Below are positions 60,973-64,000 of a stretch of DNA of 64,000 bases, in pieces. The position numbers and the translations under genes were made by a program. The first letter of the stretch is position 1. The number at the start of each line of letters is the position of its first letter. Source of the DNA: Bugula neritina (Eukaryota; Animalia; Bryozoa); contig OZ037767.1 in the NCBI GenBank assembly GCA_964035545.1, forward strand, positions 2,615,680 to 2,679,679. Reading direction: 5' to 3'. Under the pieces are notes generated by a model, which had not been told where the DNA came from, did not search any database, and saw nothing but the letters and a program-made list of their open reading frames with translations.

Positions 60973-62032
60973 CATTTCGGTCCCCCTCTCGTATTGCAAA
61001 GCATTTAGTTGCTGATCACTGAGATTAACCACTCAGTTATACTTGGCTTAGGTAGCTATTACTGCCGAGCTATTGTATCAGGGGCTCACACAAGCTTGAG
61101 GACAAGCTATTTTTAACTAAAGGTAGAGTTTAGAGTCTATAATAGGCCTAATTAATAATTGAACATATCAAATACAGTACTGGTCCCACGACACATAAAT
61201 TAAAGCAATACACTCAAACAAGCGCTATAGAAATACAATTAAAAAAAAACTTTAGTGGTTGACCTAGAGTCCCGGTATCTAATACCAAACAATATATATT
61301 AAGTACTGTCAATTTTGAATTCCAAGACTCAACTCCCTTTTTATAAGCTTCAATATTACTTGTTGCTGTGTTATTAACACTACTTTTGCTGTTACAGAAA
61401 TCAGTACCTTTAAACAATTAATTATAAATCATCACAAACTCGTCAAGGGAACAATCGCACCCCACGGAGACTGGTGAGTGCTAACCCCAACCCACAACGT
61501 AACCAGTCAGGGTAAGTTTATAAACACAATATAGAACTACCCCAGGGCTAACATACGTCCAATATCTAGATAGGAGGTACCGCTAATTTAAAAATTAAGT
61601 TCAAGTATAATAACTATAATAATTTACAACCTTAGATATATAAGCTAAGTTATAAAACCTAAACTGAATTATCCAGTTAGAAATAAGTATTGAGAAACTT
61701 TGATAGCCGCTGCAACCATATACCTAACATTCAAATTGTAATAATTAATTTCATAAAAAGTAAAAACAGGAGATTTATCTTATATTTAATCTAATTTAAG
61801 AATAATTGCCTAATTAAGCAAGGAAACAAGAACCGACATAATTAATCTAATTTCCACATTCACAAGGTAGTTACAAACTACCAAAAGGATAGTCATAGTG
61901 GTGTTATTTACATCCTTCTACTGGAACAGAAGGCTCACTCTGTTCCAACTCATTATTAAACTAAGTACACCTGCCATAATAATTTATAAAAATACAAAAT
62001 AAGCCAATAATAAACAAACACACACACATTGT

Positions 62033-64000
62033 ATGAGTAGTAACAGGCGAGTGACACGGAGCGTAACTAGACAAATGGCTACCTCAGGAGAAGCAACCTC
62101 ATCTGCCCCTACCACATTGAGCCCCCCTTCCGACACTACCACACAACCTCCCATAACCACCTCAACTTCTACTACACTACCTGACTATACTGACACTCCA
62201 CTAACCGCGACAACCACTATAACCAGCTCGACCGCGACATCGAGCGATACAGGCACAAGACCCAGAAACACAAATTACACACCCACCTCGAAGGAAGAGA
62301 TAGTGAAGTTTTGGAACTCACTATCTCCAGAACTACGACGTGACTGTATCAACAGCAACACTTCAACAGGCCCTACACCCAGCCTTACAATGACAAACTA
62401 TGGTTTGTCAACTCAAGCTCATATGACCCCAACACTGCAAGCTTATTCAACCCAAACACGACCTCCACGCGGCATACCCTCTACCAACATACCAACCGTC
62501 AATCCATTCCAAACGCAGATCATAGCAAGTGTGGCACCCAACTTGGATAGCCTGCCATCTTTCTCCGGTGACTCTACGGAGTCCTGGGAGAATTTTATAG
62601 AGAGATGGGAAGTTCTAATGGCTCCCCATCGATATGACAACGAACAACTAGCCCTCGCCATACCTGCCAAGCTCACTGGCTCAGCTTGGCAAACGTACCG
62701 AAAGGTAGTGAAACAGGCGCCCGGCTGTGCCACCAGCTACACTGCACTTAAACCCAAACTGGCTACGATGTTCCAGAGAAGCAACCCACTGCTAGGGAAG
62801 AGCCTCTGGAAACTGTCACAGGGGAAGAAAACTGTTGGAGAATTCTTCACAGAAGTAGTCTCTCAAGGCCAGTCGGCATTCCTGGATATGCCGGAGGAAT
62901 ATAGAGACAAAGTGTTGACGAACGTATTTATTGCAGGGCTGAACGAAGCCCATCAGAGGGATATCCTTCTGAAGGGTGAACTCACCCTGCAACAGACCTT
63001 GGAGGAAGCAAAGAAGCTTGAAGCGGTAGATGGAGCACTCAAGACTCAAAAAATAAATTTCATAGAGTCAGAAATAGTCGCGGAAATTAATTACACCCGG
63101 AGCCAAGCAGAACTCATAGCTCCTCTGCAAAAGCAAATAGATGGTCTGGCTGAGCTTATAAAAGCTCAGTCAATAAGATCCAAGGAGCAAGAGGAGAAAA
63201 GTTACAGGAGCAATAACTACCAGCCCAACCGATACCGTGGTAGAGGACGCGGTGGTAACCAAGGCAACAGAAGAGGTGGTTACAACCAACCACAGCGCTA
63301 CTATAACCAAGGCACCCACAACCAACATCAGGCCCCTTTTAACCAACACCAAGCCCCTTTTAACCAACAAAGAGGGTCATACAACCACCAATCTTCACAC
63401 AGGCACAATAACAATCGCACAGGTCAGAACTACGGCAATGGGCGTGGACAAAATCCTTGGCCCTGCAAGTCTTGCGGGAACCAGCATTATGGGAGCAAAT
63501 GCTCTAATGTAAACGTCGTCAGCGACCTCGGTCCTGACGAGTTTGCATTCCAGTTCCTAAATCAAGATCCAGGCCAGGAACACGTCAACGCCGTAGAACT
63601 GACTCCCAAAGCAAAAGGACCAAAGGCCAAAAGTAGAAGAGGTGGCAGAAAACTTTCAGTCATGGATGCGGTACAACTAGCAATGCTATGCTTGCTAAGC
63701 TGTTTCCTTGGCTGTGGAGCGACCCCGGTAGAAGCAAAAAACCCCATGGTATGCGGCTCACACCATACTGACCAACCCCACTTGTTCCGACTGAACACCA
63801 ACTACACCTGCCCCGGACATGACAAGACTGACCCCACGCGACAGCCCCAACAGACAAAAATCATGGTATACAAACCCAACACAATAGAATGGGAGTCACC
63901 AGCATACCAATGCAAGAAGTTCAAATCTGTGGCCACCACGTTAGTGTCTCTCTTCACCGACGTGAAAGTCCGCAATGCTCACATAGAGAAACGACCTATC
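62033..64000 (+). CDS. Gag fused in frame to a signal peptide and glycoprotein-like ectodomain (>=656 codons, 3'-partial; not in the ORF track)
   Basis: Manual translation shows no stop: T/S/P-rich N-terminus, capsid LPSFSGD..SWENFIERWE..LTGSAWQTY..LSQGKKTVGEFF..FIAGL, coiled coil, RGG/NQ-rich region, knuckle CKSCGNQHYGSKC (63464-63502), then KSRRGGRK-LSVMDAVQLAMLCLLSCFLGCGATPVEA/KNPMVC... Confidence 0.88.
   Translation, partial: MSSNRRVTRSVTRQMATSGEATSSAPTTLSPPSDTTTQPPITTSTSTTLPDYTDTPLTATTTITSSTATSSDTGTRPRNTNYTPTSKEEIVKFWNSLSPELRRDCINSNTSTGPTPSLTMTNYGLSTQAHMTPTLQAYSTQTRPPRGIPSTNIPTVNPFQTQIIASVAPNLDSLPSFSGDSTESWENFIERWEVLMAPHRYDNEQLALAIPAKLTGSAWQTYRKVVKQAPGCATSYTALKPKLATMFQRSNPLLGKSLWKLSQGKKTVGEFFTEVVSQGQSAFLDMPEEYRDKVLTNVFIAGLNEAHQRDILLKGELTLQQTLEEAKKLEAVDGALKTQKINFIESEIVAEINYTRSQAELIAPLQKQIDGLAELIKAQSIRSKEQEEKSYRSNNYQPNRYRGRGRGGNQGNRRGGYNQPQRYYNQGTHNQHQAPFNQHQAPFNQQRGSYNHQSSHRHNNNRTGQNYGNGRGQNPWPCKSCGNQHYGSKCSNVNVVSDLGPDEFAFQFLNQDPGQEHVNAVELTPKAKGPKAKSRRGGRKLSVMDAVQLAMLCLLSCFLGCGATPVEAKNPMVCGSHHTDQPHLFRLNTNYTCPGHDKTDPTRQPQQTKIMVYKPNTIEWESPAYQCKKFKSVATTLVSLFTDVKVRNAHIEKRPI

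Larger units (their letters stand above)
60428..64000 (+). mobile_element. LTR retroelement (Ty3/gypsy-like gag), 5' part; continues beyond the window
   Basis: LTR 60428-60958, PBS, ~1.07-kb leader and an uninterrupted ORF from 62033. Confidence 0.88.

Noticed and set aside
62443-63857. Short ORFs listed on the minus strand and other frames within the retroelement
   Set aside because: Shadows of the long plus-strand ORF starting at 62033.
63500-64000. pol/protease reached by frameshift after gag
   Set aside because: No D(T/S)G motif seen in the main frame, and the -1 frame after the only clear slippery site closes within ~10 codons; pol may still lie beyond the window.

Overview
AT-rich, intron-rich animal (invertebrate-like) genomic DNA; the species cannot be fixed from the sequence alone. 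Gene order: two tandem glutamate carboxypeptidase II/NAALADase (M28B) genes (+; the first is 5'-partial), CRYZ-type quinone oxidoreductase (-), TRMT112 (+), SLC25A35/34-type mitochondrial carrier (-), ARMC9 (+), a TMEM179-like gene (+), CINP (+), NUDC (+, intronless CDS, apparently nested on the same strand inside CINP intron 1) and a ZNF839-like gene (-). Mobile elements include a three-level hAT/hAT/MITE nest with intact 8-bp TSDs, a 5'-truncated CR1/L2-type LINE, a second hAT carrying a nested MITE, two abutting MITEs and a tRNA-derived SINE. The window ends in the 5' part of an LTR retroelement: LTR, tRNA-Ala-type PBS and an ORF absent from the ORF track. In that ORF, Gag continues in frame past the zinc knuckle into an internal signal peptide and a Cys-containing, viral-glycoprotein-like ectodomain rather than a protease, which suggests a Gag-Env polyprotein. 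Other highlights are strand-polarised 6-bp-periodic tracts in promoter-proximal introns, repeated tandem duplication of splice sites, patchwork gene conversion between the NAALADase paralogs, and CINP-ZNF839 tail-to-tail microsynteny as in human. All gene calls come from manual translation and recalled family motifs; no searches were run.
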